Shown: positions 53,986 through 63,339 of the stretch, piece by piece | Numbering within the stretch: the first letter of the stretch is position 1 | Layout: every line of letters begins with the position of its first letter | NCBI GenBank assembly: GCA_014728175.1 | Contig: WJMA01000062.1 | Coordinates: forward strand, 6,914 to 70,913 | Reading direction: 5' to 3' | Source of the DNA: Candidatus Fermentibacterota bacterium | GTDB lineage: Bacteria; Fermentibacterota; Fermentibacteria; Fermentibacterales; JCC-6 | DNA length: 64,000 nucleotides | The notes under the pieces: model-generated | What the model was told of the DNA's origin: nothing | What the model saw: the letters and a program-made list of their open reading frames with translations, nothing else | Database searches by the model: none | Position numbers and translations under genes: made by a program

Positions 53986-55206
53986 TCAGAGGCTCTTGCG
54001 CATCGCATCCGCCGGTTTCAGCCTGGCGGCATGAACCGCAGGATATACGCCGACTATCAAGGTCACGAAGAACACGATTATGGGGTACTTGATGAACTGG
54101 TTCGCGGTACTGATCGTGTAGATGGGTTCGCGGAAGGTCACTCCCGCCGTTTCGATGCCCGTGTAATCGATGCCGATCTCGGCGAACAGAAGGTTCAGAC
54201 CCAGGCCCAGAACGGAGCCCAGCACGATGCTCAGCAATCCCAACCAGGCAGCCTCCATCAGCATCAGCTTGGCGACGTCCGTCGCTCTGGTCCCTATCGC
54301 CTTGAGTACCCCGAACTCGAACATCCGCTCGTATATGGACATGAACAGGGTGTTGATTATGCCGAAGATCACGATACCGAATAGAACAACCCCCACGATC
54401 AGGGTGGACAAATCGCTCATCTCGAACATCACCTGCAGCTGAGGCAGCAGCTCCACCCACGATTCCACGACGTTGCCCGATTCCGCCAGATGGGCTATTT
54501 CTTCCTCCGGCGCGCTTCTCCAATGCTCGGCACCCCGGTAGTCGACCGCTATCTCGTGCACCCCCGACAGGCCCAGCATGGACTGGGCCTTTTCCAAAGA
54601 GACGAACGCCGTGGTCTTGTCGAACTCGGCCGAGCCGAATCTGTAAAGCCCCCCTACCCTGAGCATTTCCTGGTAGAGGTCGCCGGTACCGGCCATCGAG
54701 ATGGTCACCACCACCCGGTCTCCCAGCTCTACGTCCAGCTGATCGGCAAGATCGACGCCTATTACCAGATGAGACTCCCCACCCACGTAAGAGCCTTCGA
54801 CCATCGCTTCGTCCAGCATGGAAACCGAGCGCTCCCTGGATGGATCTATGCCGTACAGAGCAACCATCGACATGTCGGCCGCCGAGCTCAGCATCCCTTG
54901 GGCTACTACCCTTCTGGTGTAGTTCTTCACCCTCGGGTCTGAGGCCAGCGAGGAAAGAACCGAATCCGGCCGCTCGATGGTAAGCTCTGCCGACATGCTC
55001 CTGGAGAAATTCTGGTTATGTATCTGCAGGTCTCCCATCCAGGATGAGGTGGCGGACCTGACCAGCCCGTCGCTCATGCCGATGATCACCGCGTCGGTGA
55101 AAATCAGCGAGGCCAGGCCTATGCCTATGGCGATACCCGCTATAAGCGTACGTCTCTTGTTCCTAAGCAGGTTCCGCCAGGCCACCTTGAGGAACCTCAG
55201 ATACAT
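53986..55206 (-). CDS. ABC transporter permease, FtsX-like (MacB/LolC/E family)
   Basis: N-terminal TM, large periplasmic MacB_PCD-like domain, and a C-terminal 3-TM FtsX domain. Confidence 0.85.
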   Translation of the reverse strand: MYLRFLKVAWRNLLRNKRRTLIAGIAIGIGLASLIFTDAVIIGMSDGLVRSATSSWMGDLQIHNQNFSRSMSAELTIERPDSVLSSLASDPRVKNYTRRVVAQGMLSSAADMSMVALYGIDPSRERSVSMLDEAMVEGSYVGGESHLVIGVDLADQLDVELGDRVVVTISMAGTGDLYQEMLRVGGLYRFGSAEFDKTTAFVSLEKAQSMLGLSGVHEIAVDYRGAEHWRSAPEEEIAHLAESGNVVESWVELLPQLQVMFEMSDLSTLIVGVVLFGIVIFGIINTLFMSIYERMFEFGVLKAIGTRATDVAKLMLMEAAWLGLLSIVLGSVLGLGLNLLFAEIGIDYTGIETAGVTFREPIYTISTANQFIKYPIIVFFVTLIVGVYPAVHAARLKPADAMRKSL

Positions 55207-55218
55207 CCCGTCCCTCCT

Positions 55219-56433
55219 CTAGTAGGTGCGCATCGCTTCTGCGGGTCTGGTCCGGGCCGCCTTAAGTGCGGGTACCAGGCAGACCAGCATGGCGGTGAGC
55301 AAGACGGTCAGGGTGGGCAGGTACAGGCTACGGGGGGTAAAGGCAGCACGCATCTCCTGAAAGGACATGCCTCCGTAAGTAACCTCTTGAGATAGGCTTA
55401 TGCCAGTTTCCGAAAGGATGTGTATGCCCAGCAGACCCAAGGGTACACCTACCGCTACGGCGACTACGGAAAGTATGAGGGTCTCGATGACCACCATGGA
55501 GACTATCCCGGAGGGACGGGTACCCAGGGCCCTGAGGACACCGTACTCCCTGCGCCTCTCCAGAACGGACATTAGAACGGTATTAAGTACGCCCACCGCT
55601 ACCACGATCATTATTACCAGAAGCATAACCCACATGCCGGCCATGTCTGCCTTCATCGCCCTGTAGAAGTCCTGTGCGAACACTTTCCAGGTTACCACCT
55701 CTACATCTCCTCGTTCCACGGCCTCTGCTATCCCGGCCGCGATACCGTCCAGTCCCTGCATGGTCTCCGTCATGACGGCTATCTCGTGCGCGCTTCCCTG
55801 TAATACCAGTAACTCCTGTGCATCGCTTATGTGCAGGTACATGTTTGCCCGGTCCGACATCATGTCACCGGTCTCTATCAGGCCTACTACCACGTACCCT
55901 TCGTTGGCTATGGAGCCGTCCGCCCCTTGCGATAGAACCGCTACGGTATCTCCGATGCCTGCCTGCAGTCTCTCGGCCAGGCCCTCTCCCAAGACAGCTT
56001 CCCGTCTCGGTACGCCGCTCAGTGTCTCTCCTTCCACCAGCTGCTTGGATAGGGCGGTGGCCTCTTCCTCCAGAGCAGGATCGATACCCACCAGTTTTCC
56101 GGCTGCACTCTGGTCCCGTACCGATAGAAGACCTCCGGAGTAGATTCTGGGAGCCCAGGCTCTTACCCGGTCCAGGTCATCGATAGTACTCCCGAGTTGT
56201 TCGTAGTTAGAGATTTTGTCGTACAGTGAGGGGTCTTCCCTGTAGCCTTTGTGGTGCAGCTGGATCTGTCCGGTTCTGGTGTCGGTAAAGAGCCTTATGA
56301 TGTCATTGTAGGTTCCGTCCGCCCATCCGATGGAAAGCGCGCAAAGAAAGAAGCCGCCGGTCATGGTGAGAATCGTAAGCAGGGACCGTCTTCTCTGACG
56401 AAGCACGTTCCTAAAGGACAGCTTGAGCAGCAT
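55219..56433 (-). CDS. ABC transporter permease, FtsX-like (second paralog)
   Basis: Same architecture as the preceding gene. Tandem FtsX-type permeases, as in LolC/LolE. Confidence 0.85.
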   Translation of the reverse strand: MLLKLSFRNVLRQRRRSLLTILTMTGGFFLCALSIGWADGTYNDIIRLFTDTRTGQIQLHHKGYREDPSLYDKISNYEQLGSTIDDLDRVRAWAPRIYSGGLLSVRDQSAAGKLVGIDPALEEEATALSKQLVEGETLSGVPRREAVLGEGLAERLQAGIGDTVAVLSQGADGSIANEGYVVVGLIETGDMMSDRANMYLHISDAQELLVLQGSAHEIAVMTETMQGLDGIAAGIAEAVERGDVEVVTWKVFAQDFYRAMKADMAGMWVMLLVIMIVVAVGVLNTVLMSVLERRREYGVLRALGTRPSGIVSMVVIETLILSVVAVAVGVPLGLLGIHILSETGISLSQEVTYGGMSFQEMRAAFTPRSLYLPTLTVLLTAMLVCLVPALKAARTRPAEAMRTY

Positions 56434-56441
56434 GTCCTACC

Positions 56442-57179
56442 CTAGTTCTGGGATCTCAGATTGCGCATGCTGAAGATGTTCGGATCAACGCCTATGTCGA
56501 AATCCGCTTCCAGAAACGTCAAGGTGGTCGAGCCCTCCTCGTCCTGCGGAACCAGCTCCATAACGGTGGGGATGGTCCTACCCCCCATCTCGGCGTACTC
56601 CCCGTAGTTCATTACCCGCATCAGATCTCCGTCCTCGTCGTAGTACCTCATCCAGACCGGAAGGAGGTCCTTCTCGCGGACGCAACAGATCACCTTGCCC
56701 CAGACCACGGGAGCATCGGAATGCGGGGTGAGCTCTATGTAGAGCATTCCCTCCCTGGAGTCCCCTATCCGGGTCCAGGCGTAATCGTAATCATCGAAGA
56801 AGGTGGTCTCGCGAACCAGATCGTCGTTAGTGAAGTCCGACCCCATCCAGGAGCCCATCATCATTGACGGAGGTATCCTCATGATACTGTTGGTGTTGGG
56901 GAGATAGTTCCACATCTCGTTACCTATCCTGAGGGTGGCCATTCCGGCCTCTCTGGGCGGCGAAACTATGCGGATGAAAGTCTTGTCCATGCCCTCGGTC
57001 CAGACCTTCATCTCCAGGGTTCGTTCCCAGTTGGGGGTGGTTATGTGCATCTTCATCTCGGAGTAGCTGCTCTCACTACGGTAAAGGCTGTCCAGGAAAC
57101 TGATCGTTTGCTCCAGCGATGGGCCGGAGGCTAGAGCGAGACCAACCGAAACCAGGATAGGAGACAAAAGCCATCGCAT
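56442..57179 (-). CDS. Outer-membrane lipoprotein-sorting (LolA-like fold) protein
   Basis: Signal peptide. ~230 aa resembling the 'outer membrane lipoprotein-sorting protein' family that co-occurs with FtsX-type ABC systems. Confidence 0.6.
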   Translation of the reverse strand: MRWLLSPILVSVGLALASGPSLEQTISFLDSLYRSESSYSEMKMHITTPNWERTLEMKVWTEGMDKTFIRIVSPPREAGMATLRIGNEMWNYLPNTNSIMRIPPSMMMGSWMGSDFTNDDLVRETTFFDDYDYAWTRIGDSREGMLYIELTPHSDAPVVWGKVICCVREKDLLPVWMRYYDEDGDLMRVMNYGEYAEMGGRTIPTVMELVPQDEEGSTTLTFLEADFDIGVDPNIFSMRNLRSQN

Positions 57180-57181
57180 CC

Positions 57182-57787
57182 CTAACCGTTTCCCTTCAGG
57201 TTGCCTCTAAGAACGGTCTTGACTGACTCTCTCAGGGAATCTTTCAAGAGTTTCTCGGTTCGGTGGGGGTCGAAGGTAAGCAAAATCAACTCGGTCATCA
57301 GCAAGGAGTAACATATCCAGGCCAGCCTCGACGAATCGGCGCCGGGTAACAGACTACCACTTCTGCGCTGATTCTGGAACAACTCCGTAAGCTTGCCTAC
57401 GAAGCGCCAGTCCATCTCCATCATCTCCACACCCATCTCGGAATGAGCCTCGGCGATACTGGCTATCACCAACTCACGAACCAGGTCTCGGCCGTAACCG
57501 AGTGTGAAGTCGACTACCCTGCAGAGGTACTCGTAAACGGCATCGAACGGATCTTTACCGGTGGGCATCGGTGACTCGTAGAGGGACTCCGCATCCTCAC
57601 GGACAACCGCCAGCATCAGCCGTTGCTTGGAGCTGAAGTAGTTGTACAGGGTACCAACGCTGACGTCGGAGCGCGCGGCGATACCCTGCATGCTAGTCGC
57701 GGCGTAGCCGTTATGTACGAACAGTTGCTTGGCGGCGGCTAGTATTCCCCTGCGCCTTTGCTTCTTGTGTTTTTCTCTCAGTCCCAT
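57182..57787 (-). CDS. TetR/AcrR family transcriptional regulator
   Basis: N-terminal HTH AAAKQLFVHNGYAATSMQGIAARSDVSVGTLYNYFSSK. Confidence 0.9.
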   Translation of the reverse strand: MGLREKHKKQRRRGILAAAKQLFVHNGYAATSMQGIAARSDVSVGTLYNYFSSKQRLMLAVVREDAESLYESPMPTGKDPFDAVYEYLCRVVDFTLGYGRDLVRELVIASIAEAHSEMGVEMMEMDWRFVGKLTELFQNQRRSGSLLPGADSSRLAWICYSLLMTELILLTFDPHRTEKLLKDSLRESVKTVLRGNLKGNG

Positions 57788-57885
57788 AATTGAACCTCTT
57801 CAATCTTGAACAGGATCAATTATGTAACGGATTCAAACTATGTCAATACGAATTCATCTCTACTGGGACTTTGAACGAATCCTCC

Positions 57886-60126
57886 CTATCTACCGATCAG
57901 CACCAGCTTCCTGGCGTCGCTCCTCTGACCCGAACGGGCGACGAGAACGTAGACGCCCATTGGTACGGACTCGGAGAGCATAAGATCGGTATCCATGCGG
58001 GTTGCGGAGCCACCAGGAACGAAGGACGAGGTCACCTTTCTTCCGGCCATATCGTACAGGAATATCTCACAGGGCTCGTTTCCACCCAATCCGGTTACGG
58101 ATACCGGTATCGAGCGGTCTGTCGGATTGGGCGCAGATATCACAATCCTCTCTGCCGCCTCGCTGTTGCTCTCTTCTTCAATCCCCACGGGTTCCCATTG
58201 GATGGTCACCTGGTGGCTTCCCCCGGAAAGACCGTCTGCATCCACAAAGACCCTGTTGCCGTCGTGAACCTCCCAAGTGGCCGGCTGCCCATCCACCATA
58301 GCGGATATGTCTGTGACCGATTCGGGGAGCTTAGCCACCACCGTCTGGCCGTAACTGGTCGAACCTGTGAAGTACAGGCTGGCCGACGTCCAGGTGGAGC
58401 GGACGCTGTCTACGGTCGAGACGTAGAGCTCGTCCATGAGCTCCGCGTAATCCACAGGGAGCAGCCACCCGAAATGTGGGTAGTCCTGCTCCAGGGACGT
58501 GCACAGACTGTCTATTCTGTCGTATGCGGGTTGTCCTCCGAAGATCGCTATTGGGTGGCCTCCCAGCAGACCGTGCTTTCCGCGCTCCATGACCCTGCTC
58601 AGGTAGTCGTAGTTCATCATCTGATTGTAGTCGGCCCACCATACGGTGTTCGCTCCCCACATCCGCCCGTAGGGTGTCTCGTACTTGGATAGATAGAGGT
58701 CCCAGAACCACTCCCCCGCCATCCATTCGTTCCATCGGGCACCGTTGCTGTAATAACGGAAGCCGTGGTCGACCAAGGCCCAGAGAGCGCTGAGACTCAC
58801 CCTGTTGCCGGGAGGCCTGAGGGTTCTCATAGCTTCCTGCGCATCCAGTCCAATATCGGTGTAATCACTCCGTATCATGTCGAAGCGCTCCTGGTGCTCC
58901 TCCAGTTCGTAGGTGATGAATTCGTGGTATGGATCCCAGGCCGAATCCGGGCACGGGGTGTGATGGTAGCCGTGACACCCGAGGTTAACCCTTTCGGACC
59001 ATGGGTAAACGTCGTTCTGGATGTTGATCAGCCACTGCTTGTAGTCCGCCGGAGCCTCGGTAGAGATTCTCCACGTGCAGTGCCAGTGCGACCAGCTGTC
59101 CTGGTGTCCCGGTTCGTACCACATGGAATCGCAGTTGCCTTGCAGAATACCATCTCCGAGAATCAGTATGTTCATATTCATTTGTGGATGATCCTCGAGA
59201 ATTCTTATCAATGTGGCACTTACCCACTCGTCACCGGATGAGGTCTCGGAAAAGCCCCACATGTAGCCCTGAGCGGGATGAAGAAGAGGAATCTCGTCCA
59301 TTATCCAGCTGGCAGTTCTCTCGTACATATCGGGATGGTACGAGAAGTAGATCGGTGTATGATCGTCCTCGACGAACATCCGTACGTAGTAGCTGCTGCT
59401 GCTTCCAGGGCCCAACCGGGAGTGAAGATCGGGGCCTGCGCAGTTGTCCCGAGGCGGCTCGACGTCAAAAAATCTTATGCTAAGGTACTCGTTGTCCGGA
59501 TACTCCTCGCCCGAGACGGTCAGCATTGCTTTCGACGGATTGGGGAAGTTGAACCAGGTGTCGATCTCGCATCCCGGGCCGTAAAGCTCCACCTCCTGAT
59601 CACCGGATACACGGAAGGTCTCGTGTGTCCCGTTAAGGGCGTTGCGTCTGTCCACTTCTATCGTTTGGTTATGGAACTTGACAAAACCACCCACGTAGGG
59701 CTTGAGCCCGAAGTCCGCTTCCAGAGGTAAGGATATCTCGGCCGTATCGGTTGCCGACACCTGGTAGGTTACCTCCAATCCCCTTCCGACCAGCCTGTAG
59801 GTAACGGAGAGGCTTATGGGGAGCTCCTCCATCGTGGAGTGATCGATCATCCCCGAGGAAGAGAAAGTGGCGGAGGCAGTACCATGCATTGCCACCGTTC
59901 CGTCCATTGGAACGAAGTCACCGGAATGAACGCTTCCGTAATCTCCACCTTCGGCGAGATCTACGCCGGTTTGGAGATCCAAGAGCTCCAGTAAGGAACC
60001 AGCACGGGAATCGGTTGTCTGAACCGGCGAGACAACCGCCCTCATGTAACCGTTCCATAGAGTATCACTCTGGTCAGGGCTGCCTGCGACCAAACACAAA
60101 GTGAGAAGAAAAGGCGACAACACGGC
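57886..60126 (-). CDS. Large secreted hypothetical protein with C-terminal T9SS sorting domain
   Basis: Start reassigned to GTG at 60126 (RBS GAGGAAGGAG; signal peptide VLSPFLLTLCLVAGS). His/Cys/Trp-rich central region (…WSHWHCTWRI…GCHGYHHTPCPD…). C-terminal ~80-aa CTD (…IVISAPNPTDRSIPVSVTG…YVLVARSGQRSDARKLVLIGR). Confidence 0.6.
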   Translation of the reverse strand, partial: AVLSPFLLTLCLVAGSPDQSDTLWNGYMRAVVSPVQTTDSRAGSLLELLDLQTGVDLAEGGDYGSVHSGDFVPMDGTVAMHGTASATFSSSGMIDHSTMEELPISLSVTYRLVGRGLEVTYQVSATDTAEISLPLEADFGLKPYVGGFVKFHNQTIEVDRRNALNGTHETFRVSGDQEVELYGPGCEIDTWFNFPNPSKAMLTVSGEEYPDNEYLSIRFFDVEPPRDNCAGPDLHSRLGPGSSSSYYVRMFVEDDHTPIYFSYHPDMYERTASWIMDEIPLLHPAQGYMWGFSETSSGDEWVSATLIRILEDHPQMNMNILILGDGILQGNCDSMWYEPGHQDSWSHWHCTWRISTEAPADYKQWLINIQNDVYPWSERVNLGCHGYHHTPCPDSAWDPYHEFITYELEEHQERFDMIRSDYTDIGLDAQEAMRTLRPPGNRVSLSALWALVDHGFRYYSNGARWNEWMAGEWFWDLYLSKYETPYGRMWGANTVWWADYNQMMNYDYLSRVMERGKHGLLGGHPIAIFGGQPAYDRIDSLCTSLEQDYPHFGWLLPVDYAELMDELYVSTVDSVRSTWTSASLYFTGSTSYGQTVVAKLPESVTDISAMVDGQPATWEVHDGNRVFVDADGLSGGSHQVTIQWEPVGIEEESNSEAAERIVISAPNPTDRSIPVSVTGLGGNEPCEIFLYDMAGRKVTSSFVPGGSATRMDTDLMLSESVPMGVYVLVARSGQRSDARKLVLIGR

Positions 60127-60475
60127 GACTCCTTCCTCTATCAATACGAAAAGGGTGTGGATTTTCGAAGACAATAACTCATTTCAATTATAATTCTCGA
60201 TCTTCCAACCGCAAGGCTACAAACTAGTAAGTTCACTCGTATTCCCCGCCCTCGATGGAACGCATTTCCTGACGGCTAGGGCCTTCCGCCACCCGTCGCC
60301 GCGATGCGCATCCCAGGATCTCCCGGAGATACGTAGAAGGAACGCGGGAGGGTTTTCGCAGAAAATGCTGATTCTCGCATACGTTTAACTATCTTTAAGT
60401 TACAAACATTTGTTTGCCGTTGACTCCACAATTGCCTATTCTATGAGAAAAAGATAATGCTGGTAGGGAGATATC

Positions 60476-62653
60476 GTGCAAGCTTTTTTGCTTCTGTCGA
60501 TCCTGCTCACATCCAATCCGCAGCCCGAGCTGGTAGCCGTTCGGGTCGAAGAGGGACCCTCGATTGACGGTCTTCTGGACGACCCCGCCTGGCAACGGGC
60601 ACAGACCGTCCACTGCACCCTCCTGCAGTATAGCCCGGACTACGGCATGCCCATGACCGAGCCCACGGAGATCTCCATCCTCTACGACGAGAAGCACATC
60701 TACTTCGGCTTCCAGATGGACGACCCCGACCCGGCGACCATGATGGAGGGGTTGACCCCCAGAGACAACTACGTGACCGGTGAGTGGATCGCCGTTCTGC
60801 TGGATACCTGGGGCGACGGCAGGGAGGCGACCAGCTTCGAGATCAGCCTGGCCAACTCGCAAATGGACTCCAAGGTAACCCCTTACGGTCACTGGGACTA
60901 CAGCTGGGATTCCGTCTGGGAGAGCGGTACCCATGCCAACGAGCAGGGCTGGTCGGCCGAGTTCGCCATACCCTTCAGCTGCCTGCGATTCGATCAGACC
61001 CACGAGAGCCAGGTCTGGACGGTCAACTTCCAGCGCATTCTGGGCAAGACGCGGGAGAACGGCTGGTTCATCCTGTCAGAGGCCCGGCAGATGGCCCAGC
61101 TGGAGGCGTTCGCTCCCATCAATGGTATACATGGGATCAGGGGCTCCCTGGGCGCCGAGATACGACCCTACGGTGCCTCCAGCTTCTACCACAGCGAGGA
61201 TCCCGACGACTGGGACTCCGACCTGGATGCCGGACTGGACGTCAAGCTGGGCATAACCAGCGGTGTGGCCGCTGATCTCGCCCTTAATCCCGACTTCGGC
61301 CAGGTGGAGGCGGACGAGGCGGAGATGAACCTGTCGCATTTCGAGCTCTTCCTGGACGAGCGAAGGCCCTTCTTCCTGGAGTCGCAGAGCCTCTTCGAGA
61401 TGCCCTTCGAAATGTTCTACTCCAGGCGGATAGGTGCCGTGGCGCCCAACGGCGAGGTCATACCCATACTCGGCGGAGCGAAGATCTCGGGGTCGTCGGG
61501 AAACGGCCTGCGCTTCGGATTCTTGGACGCGGTTACCACGAGGATAACCGAGGATACCCTCACCGTAACCCCTGCGGCCAATTACGGGGTCTTCAGGGCC
61601 GTAAAGGAATTCGGACCCTACGACTACGTCGGCCTTTCGGCCACGAGCAGAGAGGTCTGGGAGCAGGGCGACTTCGACTGCGGCTACGACAGGGCGTTCG
61701 CGCTGGATGGAACGCTCCTGGTGCCCGGCAACCACGTGGTGGACGGAGCAGCGGCCAGATCGTACCTCGACGGCAACGTAAACGACGGGGCCTACAGGGT
61801 CGGCCTCTGCAAGGTGAGAAGCACGTTCACCTACAACGCCGGGGTGCAGTATGTGGGAGAAAACTTCGACGTCAACGGGACCGGGTATACCACGGTCACG
61901 GGCTATTGGGAGAGCTGGGCCGGCCTGCACCGGACAGTCATGCCTGAGGAGACCTTCAGCCAGATCAACTACGGCCTGCAAGGACATTACTCCGAGCTGA
62001 TCGACGGCGAACCGAGGGTTAGGAACCTGCACGCCAACGCCAATCTCACCCTGAAGAGCGGCGCCTACTTCGGCGCCGACCTCAACTACGCCGCCAAGAG
62101 CTTCGATCCCTACGAGGGCCCTGAGGGGCACACCTACGGCGACAGGCCGAGCTTCCACATTCATGCCGGTACCAACCACTTCAACGACTACTACATCACC
62201 GGCGGCGCGGGGGGTGGCGTGTTCGACGACGAGGGGAGCTTTCAGAACTACGACGTGACTCTGAGGGCCAAGCCCGCCCAGGCCCTGGAGCTGAGGCTCT
62301 CGGGGAACTGGTTCTCTACGAAGGATACCGAGAACTACAACTGGGAGGTCGGGGAGTGGGATAATAGGCGGACCAACTGGAAATCCCTGATCCTCAAGGC
62401 GGGCTATATGTTTACGCCCAGGGTCAACCTTCGGTTGTTCTCGCAGTACTCGAGGTTCGCGATGGACTACTCGCTCAGTGAGGAATCCGAAAGCAGCGAG
62501 ATAACCGCGAACCTCCTGTACAGCTGGCAGTACATGCCCGGAAGCATGTTCTACCTTCTGGTCGAGAACCTCTTCCAGGAGAAGGAAGACGGCGGCTTCG
62601 AGAATCCCGACGTCGGTCTGTACGGCAAACTGACCTGGTATCTCCCGGTCTGA
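60476..62653 (+). CDS. DUF5916-like secreted protein with N-terminal CBM9-like domain (family of unknown function common in FCB bacteria)
   Basis: Signal peptide. N-terminal carbohydrate-binding-like block (VRVEEGPSIDGLLDDPAWQRA…HIYFGFQMDDPDP…). Long C-terminal beta-rich domain ending …GKLTWYLPV. Confidence 0.55.
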   Translation: MQAFLLLSILLTSNPQPELVAVRVEEGPSIDGLLDDPAWQRAQTVHCTLLQYSPDYGMPMTEPTEISILYDEKHIYFGFQMDDPDPATMMEGLTPRDNYVTGEWIAVLLDTWGDGREATSFEISLANSQMDSKVTPYGHWDYSWDSVWESGTHANEQGWSAEFAIPFSCLRFDQTHESQVWTVNFQRILGKTRENGWFILSEARQMAQLEAFAPINGIHGIRGSLGAEIRPYGASSFYHSEDPDDWDSDLDAGLDVKLGITSGVAADLALNPDFGQVEADEAEMNLSHFELFLDERRPFFLESQSLFEMPFEMFYSRRIGAVAPNGEVIPILGGAKISGSSGNGLRFGFLDAVTTRITEDTLTVTPAANYGVFRAVKEFGPYDYVGLSATSREVWEQGDFDCGYDRAFALDGTLLVPGNHVVDGAAARSYLDGNVNDGAYRVGLCKVRSTFTYNAGVQYVGENFDVNGTGYTTVTGYWESWAGLHRTVMPEETFSQINYGLQGHYSELIDGEPRVRNLHANANLTLKSGAYFGADLNYAAKSFDPYEGPEGHTYGDRPSFHIHAGTNHFNDYYITGGAGGGVFDDEGSFQNYDVTLRAKPAQALELRLSGNWFSTKDTENYNWEVGEWDNRRTNWKSLILKAGYMFTPRVNLRLFSQYSRFAMDYSLSEESESSEITANLLYSWQYMPGSMFYLLVENLFQEKEDGGFENPDVGLYGKLTWYLPV

Positions 62654-62719
62654 ACGGGATCACAGCCGGGCTTAACGATTCCGACGAATTAGAGCCACCG
62701 GTATCCATGTCATGCAAGC

Positions 62720-63253
62720 TTGCCGCGGCAACGGCTTTCCGCCAGGTCGGACTTTTCCCATATAAGGATCTGGAAAACGGCACCCGACATCCAAGCAAAA
62801 AGGGAGCCAGTGAAGACTGCGATCATCGTTCTAGTGGCAGCCGTGGCCCTCGCAGCAGCCGTGGAGGTCCTCGTAACCGAGGAAGAGCTGAAGTCGGCTT
62901 TCGACCAATTCGAGCTCGCCTCCAACGTTACTTCGATGCAGGTGGAAATCGGTACGCGGAGGATTCTGTTGGACGTGAGTCGCGTCAACTTCCTCTCGGG
63001 TTGGGAGACAAAGCTTCACATGGAGGTACGCCTGGTAGCGAGATACGACCTCTTGACGCCGATCATTCTTGACGTCTCCTCGAACGGTACCGGAACCGCC
63101 TACGGCAGGACCGACCTGTGGAGCTACCGGATCATCCGGGCAGTCGAGCAGTTCTACAACCCCGGCGAGGTTTTCTTGAAGAGCTTTACGTTGGGCAACG
63201 ACGAGATAAGGCTGGAGTTCGACTCACTTCCCTCCGAGCTCGGAACGGACTAG
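62720..63253 (+). CDS. Hypothetical secreted/membrane-anchored protein
   Basis: ORF with a hydrophobic segment VKTAIIVLVAAVALAAAVEVL (possible GTG start ~62813). No recognised domain. Confidence 0.4.
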   Translation: MPRQRLSARSDFSHIRIWKTAPDIQAKREPVKTAIIVLVAAVALAAAVEVLVTEEELKSAFDQFELASNVTSMQVEIGTRRILLDVSRVNFLSGWETKLHMEVRLVARYDLLTPIILDVSSNGTGTAYGRTDLWSYRIIRAVEQFYNPGEVFLKSFTLGNDEIRLEFDSLPSELGTD

Positions 63254-63339
63254 GCGGCCGATCGAAAATGGTTCGAATAGGGTCCATCCAACTTGCTGCA
63301 CCCGCTTCATACGCTCCTACAAGGGAATCGGAGGACACC

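Noticed and set aside
60400-60475. TTGACT…TATTCT promoter-like hexamers upstream of the DUF5916-like gene
   Set aside because: Spacing is ~11 nt, which is incompatible with sigma70. Bacteroidetes-type -33/-7 motifs could not be placed confidently.
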